Shown piece by piece: positions 1-9,395 of a stretch of DNA of 64,000 nt; the first letter of the stretch is position 1; each line of letters begins with the position of its first letter. The stretch comes from Pseudomonadota bacterium (GTDB lineage Bacteria > Bdellovibrionota_B > Oligoflexia > Silvanigrellales > Silvanigrellaceae): contig JBDLRP010000039.1 of assembly GCA_039799905.1 (NCBI GenBank), positions 139,749 through 203,748 on the forward strand. Direction: 5' to 3'. The position numbers and the translations under genes are program-made. The notes under the pieces are model-generated. The model searched no databases, was not told where the DNA came from, and worked only from the letters and a program-made list of their open reading frames with translations.

Positions 1-109
1 TTTTCGCTCGCAAACGACTACACCACCTATCATTTGAGCAGCGCTGACTATCAAAAAAAATCACTTGAATCGTGCCAGTCGATTTATGGCAAAAATGCAG
101 TCGAGAAGA

Positions 110-694
110 TCAGCGCTGCCTTGCGCGAGAACCTTCAGAATTAACGATCTTTGCCTTCGCCGTCCAAGCAAACAAGAACGGAATCGCCACAGCCGAGAGT
201 GTCCACCAAATCAACCAGCCAATGTCGCCATGAATCGCACGCATGCCGTGATGCATGCCTTCGTGCTGCAAACTCTGCGGCAAAAAATACATCAACAGGC
301 AGCTCACCAGCGTGGATAAAACGGGAAGCCACCAGTAGCGGACAATCAAGCGCCTGCGCTGAAAGCGATCCAGAAACGAAAATAAAAAAATCACCGGCAC
401 AATCGAAAAAACTACTCCACAGACAATCGGACACAGCGGATCCGGCAATCTGTGCAGAACAGCCGCAACGCTTTGTGAGAAGCCGGTCAGGCCAAATGAA
501 TATTGCGAGCATACCGAAAGAGAACTGAAATAACCCAACACCGACAGCAGCACGAATGACAAGAAAAAACGTTTCCGAGAGCGATTCAGCTCCGCCGATA
601 TTCTGGATTCTGTCTTTTGCATCCGTTCGCCGACCACAGCAGGAATTTCGCCGGCAGCACCCTCAAATTCCTTCAATTCGTCACTGTGCTTCAT
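110..694 (-). CDS. Putative membrane anti-sigma factor (about 4 TM, Cys/His/Met-rich)
   Basis: Overlaps the ECF sigma stop (ATGA at 691-694). Several hydrophobic helices, a CPIVC motif and a QHEGMHHGMRAIHG loop. Confidence 0.65.
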   Translation of the reverse strand: MKHSDELKEFEGAAGEIPAVVGERMQKTESRISAELNRSRKRFFLSFVLLSVLGYFSSLSVCSQYSFGLTGFSQSVAAVLHRLPDPLCPIVCGVVFSIVPVIFLFSFLDRFQRRRLIVRYWWLPVLSTLVSCLLMYFLPQSLQHEGMHHGMRAIHGDIGWLIWWTLSAVAIPFLFAWTAKAKIVNSEGSRARQR

Positions 695-1266
695 TTGCCG
701 CCCTCCCCTTCGTCACGAGAGACGAACCAAAGCCTGAGTTTCTCGACAGCCCGGCTGTATATCTTGCGCAGGGTTGCCTCATTTTTTCCGGTTTCATCGG
801 AGATCTGCCGAAAACTTTTTTCATCGATGATCCGCTTCTCCACCACGAGCCGTTGGACATCGCTGAGTTGCTCAAGACTCTCGCTCAGCTCGTCAGCCGA
901 GTTATGCCAATCGGGCTGATTGGCCTGCAGCTGTGACTCCCTTCGCTGCGTGTCTTCTGCCCCCTGTAGGGATCTTTTCCGCACTGCAAATTTCCTGATC
1001 TCGTCCAAACACGCGTTGTGAACAATGGCGAAAAACCAACTGAGCGCACGCTCGCCTTTGCGATATTGATGTATCCGTGCGTGCAACTTGACGAAAACAT
1101 CCTGAACTATGTCTGCGGCCGATTCCGGATGGTGAACTTTACGCAATGCATAGTGGTACACCCTGTTTTTGTGGCGCAGAAAAAAAAGCTCGAATGCCGC
1201 AGACTCGCCCTGAGCATAACGCTCAAGCAGCTCTTCGTCGGTTTCGCCGTTTTTATCCAAATCCAT
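691..1266 (-). CDS. ECF-family RNA polymerase sigma factor
   Basis: 191 aa. Region 2 AADIVQDVFVKLH...SWFFAIVHNACLD; region 4 HTH SFRQISDETGKNEATLRKIYSRA. Confidence 0.93.
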   Translation of the reverse strand: MDLDKNGETDEELLERYAQGESAAFELFFLRHKNRVYHYALRKVHHPESAADIVQDVFVKLHARIHQYRKGERALSWFFAIVHNACLDEIRKFAVRKRSLQGAEDTQRRESQLQANQPDWHNSADELSESLEQLSDVQRLVVEKRIIDEKSFRQISDETGKNEATLRKIYSRAVEKLRLWFVSRDEGEGGK

Positions 1267-1363
1267 TTTCGTCCGTCCGCCGATGCCCAGAACTCACAAT
1301 GTGCCGCGCGAGTGCTAAAAAATGTCGTCTTTTCAGATTATTACAAAAAACTTCAAAATCACT

Positions 1364-1390
1364 GTCACGAACTGAAACCTGCGTACGTAA
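1364..1390 (+). promoter_or_regulatory. Candidate ECF promoter GTCAC-N17-CGTAA for the 1423-3400 operon
   Basis: GTCAC at 1364-1368 and CGTAA at 1386-1390. A matching motif occurs on the opposite strand. Confidence 0.5.
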
Positions 1391-1395
1391 TCATA

Positions 1396-1420
1396 TACGA
1401 AGCAAAACAGAGGATGTGAC
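1396..1420 (-). promoter_or_regulatory. Candidate autoregulatory ECF promoter GTCAC-N16-CGTA
   Basis: Minus strand reads GTCAC atcctctgttttgctt CGTA and points at the sigma gene. Confidence 0.5.
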
Positions 1421-1422
1421 TT

Positions 1423-2139
1423 ATGAAGAATTATAACGTTAATTTAGACTGCTTTAAGAATAAAGCATGTCTGCTGACAGCAACAGCCTGTGCATGGCTC
1501 GCTTCAACCGAAGCTAATGCCCATCCCGTGGTCTTTTCTGGCGGGACTGCGCTGATGGGGCATCAAATGGAGGACATGTCGGAGTTTGAGGTGGTTCACT
1601 CACCCACCGCGCGGACAGGCCTTGGCTTAAGCGTAACCCGACACAAGCATGCCCATGAACTTATTTTCAAGGGTGCGGGTTTGCTCTGGCGCGGAAACTA
1701 TCCCGACTTTCAAGCGAACGTTTACGCGGTCGCCGGTGCCGGCAGGCAGTTTGCGCGCAGCCACGCAGGCGACTCAACCTCGCCGCTGATGAAGCGGATT
1801 CATGCCAATCCAGCTCTGTATGAATGGGCTCTCTCTGCAGACGGTGAGGACAGACAAATCTACACCATGAGTGAGTACTCGGAAATTTATGATGGGAAAG
1901 GTTTATTGCGCCAGTCGGGCAAACTCCGCCTCGGCTTCGCTCCCTACAAGGCAGACAGCAACGAGATGTCTCTTTGGGGTATCGTTGAATGGCTGCCGGA
2001 GAAGCCGGCGGGCGATCGTAAATGGCTGCACGAAGTCACGCCGATGCTACGGATGTTCTATAAAAATGCTTTAATTGAAGCGGGCAGCAGCCTCAACGGC
2101 AAATTCACTTTCAATTACATGTTTCACTTTTTCAATTGA
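1423..2139 (+). CDS. Exported protein, probable outer-membrane beta-barrel, predicted mature N-terminal His
   Basis: Signal peptide ending EANA|HPVVF, alternating beta-strand pattern, C-terminal aromatic NYMFHFFN, GAGG RBS. Confidence 0.6.
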   Translation: MKNYNVNLDCFKNKACLLTATACAWLASTEANAHPVVFSGGTALMGHQMEDMSEFEVVHSPTARTGLGLSVTRHKHAHELIFKGAGLLWRGNYPDFQANVYAVAGAGRQFARSHAGDSTSPLMKRIHANPALYEWALSADGEDRQIYTMSEYSEIYDGKGLLRQSGKLRLGFAPYKADSNEMSLWGIVEWLPEKPAGDRKWLHEVTPMLRMFYKNALIEAGSSLNGKFTFNYMFHFFN

Positions 2140-2163
2140 GTCCAAACGAGGAGGTTCGAAGTT

Positions 2164-2469
2164 ATGAACAAGGTTATTCGTCATATTACGGTAGTGTCTT
2201 CACTGGCCTTAGGAGTGCTGATGAGCGGAATTGCCTTTGCAGATGACGTCAAGGTGAGTGTTAATGGGATGGTCTGCGGCTTTTGCGCTCAGGGAATCAC
2301 CAAGAAGCTGAACAAAACCGAAGCTGTCGAGAAAGTGAACGTCGACCTAGAGAAAAAGGTTGTTTCCTTCAGCACACTCGCGGGCAAGCAATTCGACGAT
2401 GCGGCCATCACAAAACTCATCACAGATGCAGGATATTCGGTCGTGAAGATTGAGAGGAGCAAGCCGTGA
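2164..2469 (+). CDS. Periplasmic heavy-metal-associated (HMA, MerP/CopZ-like) protein
   Basis: Signal peptide (AFA|DD), GMVCGFC metal-binding motif, AGY turn, GGAGG RBS. Confidence 0.9.
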   Translation: MNKVIRHITVVSSLALGVLMSGIAFADDVKVSVNGMVCGFCAQGITKKLNKTEAVEKVNVDLEKKVVSFSTLAGKQFDDAAITKLITDAGYSVVKIERSKP

Positions 2470-2831
2470 GCAGAGTCTGGGGCAGCCTTGCACTTTTGAG
2501 CAGTTCTGCGACGCTCGTCTGCTGCGTGATTCCTGCGCTGCTCGTGGCTCTTGGATTCGGAGCCACGCTGGCCGGACTCTTTTCGGCTGTCCCGCAGCTC
2601 ACGCTTCTCAGCGAACACAAGGAAGTCGTTTTCGCTTTTGGCGGTATCATACTCGGGGCGGCCGCATATGCGCGCAGCCGTCCTGAAGCACAAACCTGTC
2701 CAGCCGACCCAATACTCGCGGCTGCCTGCCGTCGTTCAAAAAAATGGGGCTCAGTTTTGTTTATGACGGCCCTCGCGCTATACTTTGGCTCGTTATTTTT
2801 CGTTTTTATTTTGCCGAAGTTGATAGCCTGA
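2466..2831 (+). CDS. MerT-like metal transport membrane protein
   Basis: LVCCVIP vicinal Cys pair in TM1, a second Cys pair (TCPADPILAAAC), about 3 TM, GTGA overlap with the HMA gene. Confidence 0.75.
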   Translation: MSRVWGSLALLSSSATLVCCVIPALLVALGFGATLAGLFSAVPQLTLLSEHKEVVFAFGGIILGAAAYARSRPEAQTCPADPILAAACRRSKKWGSVLFMTALALYFGSLFFVFILPKLIA

Positions 2832-2851
2832 TTCCCAATGGAGAACGAGAC

Positions 2852-3400
2852 ATGGACGCCCCACTCTATGCAATTCCGCTCAGCGACATTAAGGGAAGAC
2901 CAATGAACCTTGAAGTTTTTCAAGGCAAAGTCCTCCTGATAGTGAATGTGGCCTCAAAGTGCGGCCTGACACCACAATACGAGACGCTCGAAAAAATCTA
3001 CGAGAACTACAAAGCCAAAGGCTTTGAAGTTCTTGGTTTTCCCGCCAATGAATTTCTTGCTCAGGAACCCGGAACAAACTCCGAGATTCTCGAATTCTGC
3101 GAAATGAAGTTCGGAATTAAATTCCCGATGTTCTCGAAAATTGTCGTCAAGGGCGATGGAATTCACCCATTGTACGAACACCTGACAACCACTCTTCCGA
3201 CTGCGACAAAGAATGCGGCGAGCGACTTTGAGCAACGCCTTGAAGGCTTCGGACAAAAGCGCAACAAACCGGAAGACATTCTCTGGAATTTTGAAAAATT
3301 CCTTGTGTCACGGACCGGCCAAGTCATCGCCCGATTTGCTCCGGACGTAAAACCGGACGACCCTCTTCTCATCAGCGCCATTGAAAAAGCACTCGTCTGA
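2852..3400 (+). CDS. Glutathione peroxidase (Cys-type, BtuE/Gpx family)
   Basis: NVASKCGLTPQY, FPANEF and WNFEKF motifs. Start moved to MDAPLY at 2852. Confidence 0.93.
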   Translation: MDAPLYAIPLSDIKGRPMNLEVFQGKVLLIVNVASKCGLTPQYETLEKIYENYKAKGFEVLGFPANEFLAQEPGTNSEILEFCEMKFGIKFPMFSKIVVKGDGIHPLYEHLTTTLPTATKNAASDFEQRLEGFGQKRNKPEDILWNFEKFLVSRTGQVIARFAPDVKPDDPLLISAIEKALV

Positions 3401-3418
3401 ACGAGTGCTTTTTTTTTT
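3384..3418. terminator. Bidirectional intrinsic terminator
   Basis: AAAAAGCACTCGT-ctga-ACGAGTGCTTTTT plus a T-run, between convergent gpx and nuoI. Confidence 0.85.
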
Positions 3419-3463
3419 GCTTTCACAGATAAACCGACAGAGCGATTCCTTGAACAGAAATCG

Positions 3464-4054
3464 TCAGTGACCGTCAGAACCACTGAGATGAATGTTGGGC
3501 AACAAACTGTCGACGCTGTCGTGTTTGACGTTTTCGTCTTTCTTTGATGTCTGCTTTTCGCCCACTTTGCGTTTCACGGCATCGCGCTCTAGCAGATAAT
3601 CCTTCGTGTAAACCCATTTGCGTTCAGCCAGTCCGGCCATTGAATACTCAGGCCCGAGGCGGATTGCATCCACAGGACATGCCTCTTCGCAATAACCGCA
3701 AAACACGCAACGCAAAATGTCGATTTCGAATCGCACGGGATACTTCTCGACACCCTTGTCTGGACTCTCGCCCGCGACAATCGTGATGCACTGTGCAGGG
3801 CAGTTCGTCGCACACAGGAAACACGCCGTACAACGCACGCGTCCGTCGGGACGCTTGGTTAGAAAATGCGCTCCCTTGAATCGATCCGAATATTGATATT
3901 CGACTTCCGGCCACTGGACCGTGTTGGACTCCTCAAGACCAAAAACTTGCTTGGTAAAGGTCACCAACGTGGTCCCCAGCCCAAGCAGCGAGGTCGCAAG
4001 ATAGCCATTCTTGAAATTGCGCTCGGGATCCCGAGAGACATTCACATATGCCAT
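3464..4054 (-). CDS. nuoI: NADH-quinone oxidoreductase subunit I
   Basis: Two 4Fe-4S motifs, CTACFLCATNCP and CVFCGYCEEACP. Confidence 0.93.
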   Translation of the reverse strand: MAYVNVSRDPERNFKNGYLATSLLGLGTTLVTFTKQVFGLEESNTVQWPEVEYQYSDRFKGAHFLTKRPDGRVRCTACFLCATNCPAQCITIVAGESPDKGVEKYPVRFEIDILRCVFCGYCEEACPVDAIRLGPEYSMAGLAERKWVYTKDYLLERDAVKRKVGEKQTSKKDENVKHDSVDSLLPNIHLSGSDGH

Positions 4055-4071
4055 GCGTCATTCTCCTCGCA

Positions 4072-5553
4072 TTAACCAGCAGTGTGAGCGAGCTTGCCCA
4101 CTTCCGCAAAATACTCATCCACAGCTTTGACGTTTGTGAAGACTGGAGGATTGGCCTTGAGCTTCTGTGCCACTCCGTTGAAATTGACAAACGTCCCGCT
4201 CTTTTCTGCAAAGGTCTTCACCGGAACCCGCAACCAGAATTTCTTGACCGCATCCGTGAGCGAATTGCCGAAGTACACAGCCTTCTTCATTTCCGAAAAA
4301 CGGCTCAGAGCCTTCTGCAGATTCGGATATCCAGACTCAATTTCAGGTCCCATGACGATTGTCGCTTCGGGCGAAATTCCAGCCAAAGCTGAAAAGTCGC
4401 CCTTGAGCATCGTAGGCTGAACACCTTGCTCCTTGAGAACGTCCATCATGCCGCGCGTGTTGGGGTTGCGATCACCGCGGAAAAGAATTCCGTCAAAGTC
4501 GTCGATCTTTTCTGACTCATCGCGCCAGACGAAAACCTTCGGCATGCCTTTGAGCACGGTTTTAAGCGACGCCAAAACGCCCGCATACTCTTCATTTGTG
4601 TATTGAGCCGTCAAGACTAGAGCAACCTTGTCGGCAGAGAGTCCCTTCACTGTATCTACGACTGCCTGCAGGGCTGCCGCAGACGAAATGGATTGCCCGT
4701 TCAGCAGCGGAGACGCCAGTCGCGCAGATGCGTTGAGGTGCTCGTACATCGTACGGCCCGTATCACACATCCAGTGCCCGTTCACATCTGCGTTGTGACG
4801 TGGTTTGAGACGATAATATTCACGCTGATTGCTATTTTGGAACAAGTTGACGTTGCAGCCCGTTGAGCATCCCGGACACACCGTCTTGGTTTCCTTGAGG
4901 AACCACACGCGGCATTTGAAGCGGAAATCCTTAGCCGTAAATGCGCCGACGGGACAAATATCCGCAAGGTTGTAGCTGTAGTTGTGCTTGATTTTGCGAT
5001 CTGGATAGGTGCCGATGGTGGCCTGATCGCCGCGGTTGAAGATTCCAAGTGTGTTGGTTTTGGTCACCTCGTCCTCGAACCGCACACAGCGCGAGCACAG
5101 AATGCAGCGCTCGGTGTCCAGCACCAGAGTCTCGCCAACATCAAGTGCCTTGGGCTTGAGAACCTTTTGGTCTTCCATCTGCGACTGATATTTGCCTACC
5201 TTCATGTAGTAATTCTGCAGTTCGCATTCGCCTGCCTGATCGCAGATTGGACAATCCAGAGGATGGTTGATGAGGTGGAACTCCAACGCCCATTTGTGCG
5301 TTTCTTTCACTTCATCTGAAACGGTATCAACCTTCATGCCTTCGCTTGCCGGCGTGTTGCAGGCAATCTGAAGCTTCGGCATGCCTTCCACCTTCACCAT
5401 GCAAAAGCGGCAAACTCCCGCAATCGACAGGCCGGGGTGCCAGCAAAAATGCGGCACAGATACGCCAGCCTTCTGCGCTGCGTCCATGATTGTACTGCCC
5501 GCAGGAACAGTGACCGACTGATTATTAATGCTCAAGGTGACCTGATTTGACAT
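4072..5553 (-). CDS. nuoG: NADH-quinone oxidoreductase subunit G (short form)
   Basis: CWHPGLSIAGVCRFC, NHPLDCPICDQAGEC, CILCSRC and CPGCSTGC Fe-S motifs. Confidence 0.92.
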   Translation of the reverse strand: MSNQVTLSINNQSVTVPAGSTIMDAAQKAGVSVPHFCWHPGLSIAGVCRFCMVKVEGMPKLQIACNTPASEGMKVDTVSDEVKETHKWALEFHLINHPLDCPICDQAGECELQNYYMKVGKYQSQMEDQKVLKPKALDVGETLVLDTERCILCSRCVRFEDEVTKTNTLGIFNRGDQATIGTYPDRKIKHNYSYNLADICPVGAFTAKDFRFKCRVWFLKETKTVCPGCSTGCNVNLFQNSNQREYYRLKPRHNADVNGHWMCDTGRTMYEHLNASARLASPLLNGQSISSAAALQAVVDTVKGLSADKVALVLTAQYTNEEYAGVLASLKTVLKGMPKVFVWRDESEKIDDFDGILFRGDRNPNTRGMMDVLKEQGVQPTMLKGDFSALAGISPEATIVMGPEIESGYPNLQKALSRFSEMKKAVYFGNSLTDAVKKFWLRVPVKTFAEKSGTFVNFNGVAQKLKANPPVFTNVKAVDEYFAEVGKLAHTAG

Positions 5554-5558
5554 CGTGC

Positions 5559-6872
5559 TTACCCTTGTCCGTGAGCAGAGCTCTTGTTCTTGTAATATTC
5601 CAAAAACTCATGCGCGAATTTTTGCGGGATGCTGCGCGCGGGTCCTGCAGCGGCTTCCGAAAACGTACAAATAGTACGTCCCATCATCTTGCCGGCGACC
5701 TCAGCGATCTTCTTTTCATCTCCGACTTGTCCTTCGCCCTGAAGAATTCCGCGCGACATTTTCAGCAACCAGCCGGTGCCTTCGCGACAGGGCGTGCATT
5801 GTCCGCAGGATTCGTCTTTGAAAAAGTGCATCAAATTCTCGAGAACCCCAACCATGCTGACGTCTTCAGGAATGACAATCACTGCACCTGAGCCAAGCAT
5901 CGACCCTGCGGCTGCAAACGCTTCGTAGTCCATGGTCATTGTTTCGACTTCGGCGGCAGTCAAAACGGGAGCGGATGCTCCACCCGGAATCACTGCCTTG
6001 AGCTTTTTGCCGCCGATGAGTCCACCGCAGTCTTCATAGATGAAGCGCTTGAGCGGATATCCAAGTGGAAGCTCATAGCAACCCGGGCGCACGACGGGCC
6101 CGCTGATGTTGAATAGCTTTGTACCCGCTGATTTCTCCGTACCGAATTTCTTGTACGCCTCTGCGCCGTTGCGGATGATCCACGGCACGACTGCGAGCGT
6201 CTCCACGTTGTTTACAATGGTCGGTTTGCCGAGATAACCCTTCACCGCAGGAAACGGCGGCTTCAGTTTGGGCTGCCCCTTCTTTCCTTCCAGCGAGCTG
6301 ATCAGTCCTGTTTCTTCTCCGCAAATGTATGCACCGGCGCCGATGTAGACATCCATGTGGTGCTTGAAACCCGTACCCATGACGTTGTCGCCGAGGTATC
6401 CGGCAGCATAGGCTTCTTTGATGGCCTGCTCGCACCAAGCAATTTCTTCGTAGAACTCGCCACGGAGATAAATGTAGCTCTTGGAGGCGCCAATGGCATA
6501 AGCCGCAATCAGCTTGCCTTCGATCAGCATGTGAGCGTTGAGTTCGGCAATGTAACGGTCTTTGTAGGTACCAGGCTCACCTTCGTCGAAGTTGGTGATG
6601 AGATATTTTTCGCCTTCGCCCTTGGGAACAAAGCCCCATTTCATCCCGGTCGGAAAGCCGGCGCCGCCGCGCCCGCGAAGTCCAGATGCCTTGACGATAT
6701 TGATAACTTCTTCCTGCGACATTTTGCCCTTGAGAATCTTCTCAAGAGCAGCATAGCCACCGTGCTTTTTATAAACTTCGAGCGACCTGCTGTTGGGAAT
6801 TCCTTCAAGTTCTGTGAGAATCTTGAATTCGTTCGGCTGACGGCCGTTGTATGCACTGTTCATTACCGGCAT
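5559..6872 (-). CDS. nuoF: NADH-quinone oxidoreductase subunit F
   Basis: GLRGRGGAGFPTGMKW, GAGAYICGEET, ESCGQCTPCREG. Confidence 0.97.
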   Translation of the reverse strand: MPVMNSAYNGRQPNEFKILTELEGIPNSRSLEVYKKHGGYAALEKILKGKMSQEEVINIVKASGLRGRGGAGFPTGMKWGFVPKGEGEKYLITNFDEGEPGTYKDRYIAELNAHMLIEGKLIAAYAIGASKSYIYLRGEFYEEIAWCEQAIKEAYAAGYLGDNVMGTGFKHHMDVYIGAGAYICGEETGLISSLEGKKGQPKLKPPFPAVKGYLGKPTIVNNVETLAVVPWIIRNGAEAYKKFGTEKSAGTKLFNISGPVVRPGCYELPLGYPLKRFIYEDCGGLIGGKKLKAVIPGGASAPVLTAAEVETMTMDYEAFAAAGSMLGSGAVIVIPEDVSMVGVLENLMHFFKDESCGQCTPCREGTGWLLKMSRGILQGEGQVGDEKKIAEVAGKMMGRTICTFSEAAAGPARSIPQKFAHEFLEYYKNKSSAHGQG

Positions 6873-6882
6873 GCTTCACCCC

Positions 6883-7419
6883 TCACTTTTGCGCCGCACG
6901 GGCAGCCAAATCGGCTGCACATTTTTTTGCCGCGGCAGGAAGCTCTTTTTTGCTGTAATCGTCCATCAATTTGCGCGCGAGTTCGGGCGTCACGTTCAAG
7001 TGACGGTCCTTGTTCACCAGCGCCACCGGCGCGTATCCGCAAACACCAAGACATTCGACTTTGTGGCACTCGAACGGAATCGGCTTGCCACTCTTTTCGG
7101 CTTGCGCGATGTATTGCTTCGCTTCCGAAATCGTATTGTCAGCACCATTGAGCCAACACGAAATACTGCCGCACACTTCCAAACGGTAAGGTTTCGGCGG
7201 AGCCTTGCGGTACATCGTATAGAAGCTCAGCACCTCATTGACGTCGACGACGCTCAGACCGTGTTCAGCCTCGAGAGCCTGAACGGCTTCGGGCGAAATC
7301 CAGTCGTTTTCATCCTGAATAGCATGAAGAATTGGCAAAATACTGGAGCGCTTGGTTTCGTAGCGGCCCAAAAATCCTTTGATTTGTTCATTCAGCTGTG
7401 TGGAAAAAAATGATGCCAT
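6883..7419 (-). CDS. nuoE: NADH-quinone oxidoreductase subunit E
   Basis: SFYTMY, VCGSISC and ECLGVC 2Fe-2S ligands. Confidence 0.93.
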   Translation of the reverse strand: MASFFSTQLNEQIKGFLGRYETKRSSILPILHAIQDENDWISPEAVQALEAEHGLSVVDVNEVLSFYTMYRKAPPKPYRLEVCGSISCWLNGADNTISEAKQYIAQAEKSGKPIPFECHKVECLGVCGYAPVALVNKDRHLNVTPELARKLMDDYSKKELPAAAKKCAADLAARAAQK

Positions 7420-7440
7420 TGCAAAACTCCATTCCCGACC

Positions 7441-9150
7441 TCAACGGTCAAGCTCTCCAGCGATAATGTTGATTGACCCCAGAGCCGCGACAGCGTCCGC
7501 AAGCCGGCCACCGATGACCATCTGTGCAAAGCCGCTCATCAGAGCGAAGCACGGAGGACGGCACTTGACGCGATACGGTGTGCCTGAACCATCAGAGATC
7601 ACATAAAAGCCGAGCTCGCCGTTTGCACCTTCAACGGCATGGTAAACTTCACCCTTCGGCGGCTGCACGCCGTTGATGATCAGCATGAAGTGGTTCATCA
7701 GCCCTTCGATGTTTCCATAAACATCTTTCTTGCTGGGCAAAGAAATCGCCTTGTTGTCGATCGCGATTGGTCCTTCGGGCATGTTGTTGAGGCACCAGCG
7801 CAGAATGCGGATGCTCTGGCGAACTTCCTCCATACGAACAAGGTAACGGTCGTAGGTATCGCCCTTCACGCCGACAGGAACATCAAATTCAACCTGATCA
7901 TAAAAGTAGTAGGGATCGTGTTTGCGCAGATCAAGCTCATATCCCGTCGCACGCAGGCATGGACCGGTGAAGCCCCACTCGATGGCTGTCTTTCTGTCGA
8001 TAGAGCCGGCATCGCGTGTGCGCTGAACAAAGATGCGGTTGTTGGTCAGCAGCTTGTCCATTTCTTCATGAGTTTTGGCGATGTGCTCGACAACTTCTAT
8101 GGCTTCCTGAATCCAGCCATTTGGCAGGTCGAAGCCAAGGCCGCCGATGCGCGTCAGCGACACCGTCAGACGAGCACCACAGAGCTTTTCAAACAGGGTG
8201 TAAACCTTCTCACGTTCGTTGAACATGTAGAAGAAACCTGTAAGAGCACCAAGGTCAACCGCATTGGTGCCGATGCACACATAGTGGTCGATGATGCGTG
8301 ACAACTCGTCCAGCACCATGCGCATCATTGTAGCTCTTGGCGGAACCTGAACACCGAACATCTTTTCGATGGTGGCGGCCCACGCGTTGTTGTTGATGGG
8401 GGCCGAACAATAATTGAGGCGGTCGGTGTAGGGGATGATTTGGTTGTAGTTGTGCGTCTCGCACATCTTCTCAAAACAGCGGTGCAGATAACCGATCTCT
8501 GAATCACATTCCTTGATCATTTCGCCGCCGTCGATCACCGCCATGAAACGAAGGGTTCCGTGCGTTGCGGGATGCGCGGGTCCGATGTTGATCCACATGA
8601 GATCGTCATCGTGCTTTTTCATCAGGCGGTCGCGGTCAGCTTCGAATGTGTGCTCAAGCGGAGCACCAGACATGGGCTGAATCTTGTCGGCGGGATAATC
8701 TTTGCGCAGCGGGTATCCGACAAACTCCTGATGACACAGAATACGCCGGAGGTCGGGATGCCCGTCAAAGCGGATGCCGAACATGTCGTAAGTTTCACGT
8801 TCAAACCAGTTTGCGCCCGCCCAAACGGCGGTTGCAGAAGCGACGCTCTCGCCATCACCAACCTGAGTCTTGACACGCAAACGGCGATTGAGCTCTTTGT
8901 TGAGCAAATGGTAGACAACATCGAAACGCTTTTCGCGTTCAGGCCAGTCGACACCGCAGACGTCGAGCAAAAAGCCGAAACCGTGCTTGCTCTTCAGAGC
9001 CTGCAACAGGGTGATGAGGTTTTCCTTGTCAACGACGATTGTCTGCTCGTGGCGCATCTCAAGACGTTCTTCAAATACAACACTTGCATTTGGAAGAGCT
9101 GATTTTAACTGTGCGACAAGGTCGGCGTAAAACGGACTCGCGTTATCCAT
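7441..9150 (-). CDS. nuoCD: NADH-quinone oxidoreductase subunit C/D (fused)
   Basis: NuoC part WFERETYDMFGI...HPDLRRIL; NuoD part GPAHPATHG, IGYLHR, C-terminal GELDR. Confidence 0.95.
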   Translation of the reverse strand: MDNASPFYADLVAQLKSALPNASVVFEERLEMRHEQTIVVDKENLITLLQALKSKHGFGFLLDVCGVDWPEREKRFDVVYHLLNKELNRRLRVKTQVGDGESVASATAVWAGANWFERETYDMFGIRFDGHPDLRRILCHQEFVGYPLRKDYPADKIQPMSGAPLEHTFEADRDRLMKKHDDDLMWINIGPAHPATHGTLRFMAVIDGGEMIKECDSEIGYLHRCFEKMCETHNYNQIIPYTDRLNYCSAPINNNAWAATIEKMFGVQVPPRATMMRMVLDELSRIIDHYVCIGTNAVDLGALTGFFYMFNEREKVYTLFEKLCGARLTVSLTRIGGLGFDLPNGWIQEAIEVVEHIAKTHEEMDKLLTNNRIFVQRTRDAGSIDRKTAIEWGFTGPCLRATGYELDLRKHDPYYFYDQVEFDVPVGVKGDTYDRYLVRMEEVRQSIRILRWCLNNMPEGPIAIDNKAISLPSKKDVYGNIEGLMNHFMLIINGVQPPKGEVYHAVEGANGELGFYVISDGSGTPYRVKCRPPCFALMSGFAQMVIGGRLADAVAALGSINIIAGELDR

Positions 9151-9395
9151 CGGCTCTGAGCCTCCGTTCGTTCAACGGCTGGGTTGAAAACTTGTACAGA
9201 TTCTTACAAAAACATGCACATACAAAGACATTGCTCGGAAGAAGTCAACCCGCGCCTCACACCCATTTTTAGGTTGAGGTTCAATTTGACTGGCACATCT
9301 TCGCAACTGACAATGAGCGTCGCATAATCAACCAGAACCTCAAGCCTTACAGGGGGCTATTTTTTGATTTTCAAATGCACCCAATTGGAGCAAAG

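Noticed and set aside
2164..2831. Classical mer operon
   Set aside because: MerP/MerT-like genes are present, but there is no merR, merA or merD.
2852..3400. Selenocysteine glutathione peroxidase
   Set aside because: The active-site codon is TGC (Cys) and the frame is uninterrupted.
5547..9102. Long antisense ORFs over nuo genes, and likewise over lon, GS III, rho, pheST and rpoD
   Set aside because: These are shadow frames of highly biased coding strands, with no motifs or RBS.
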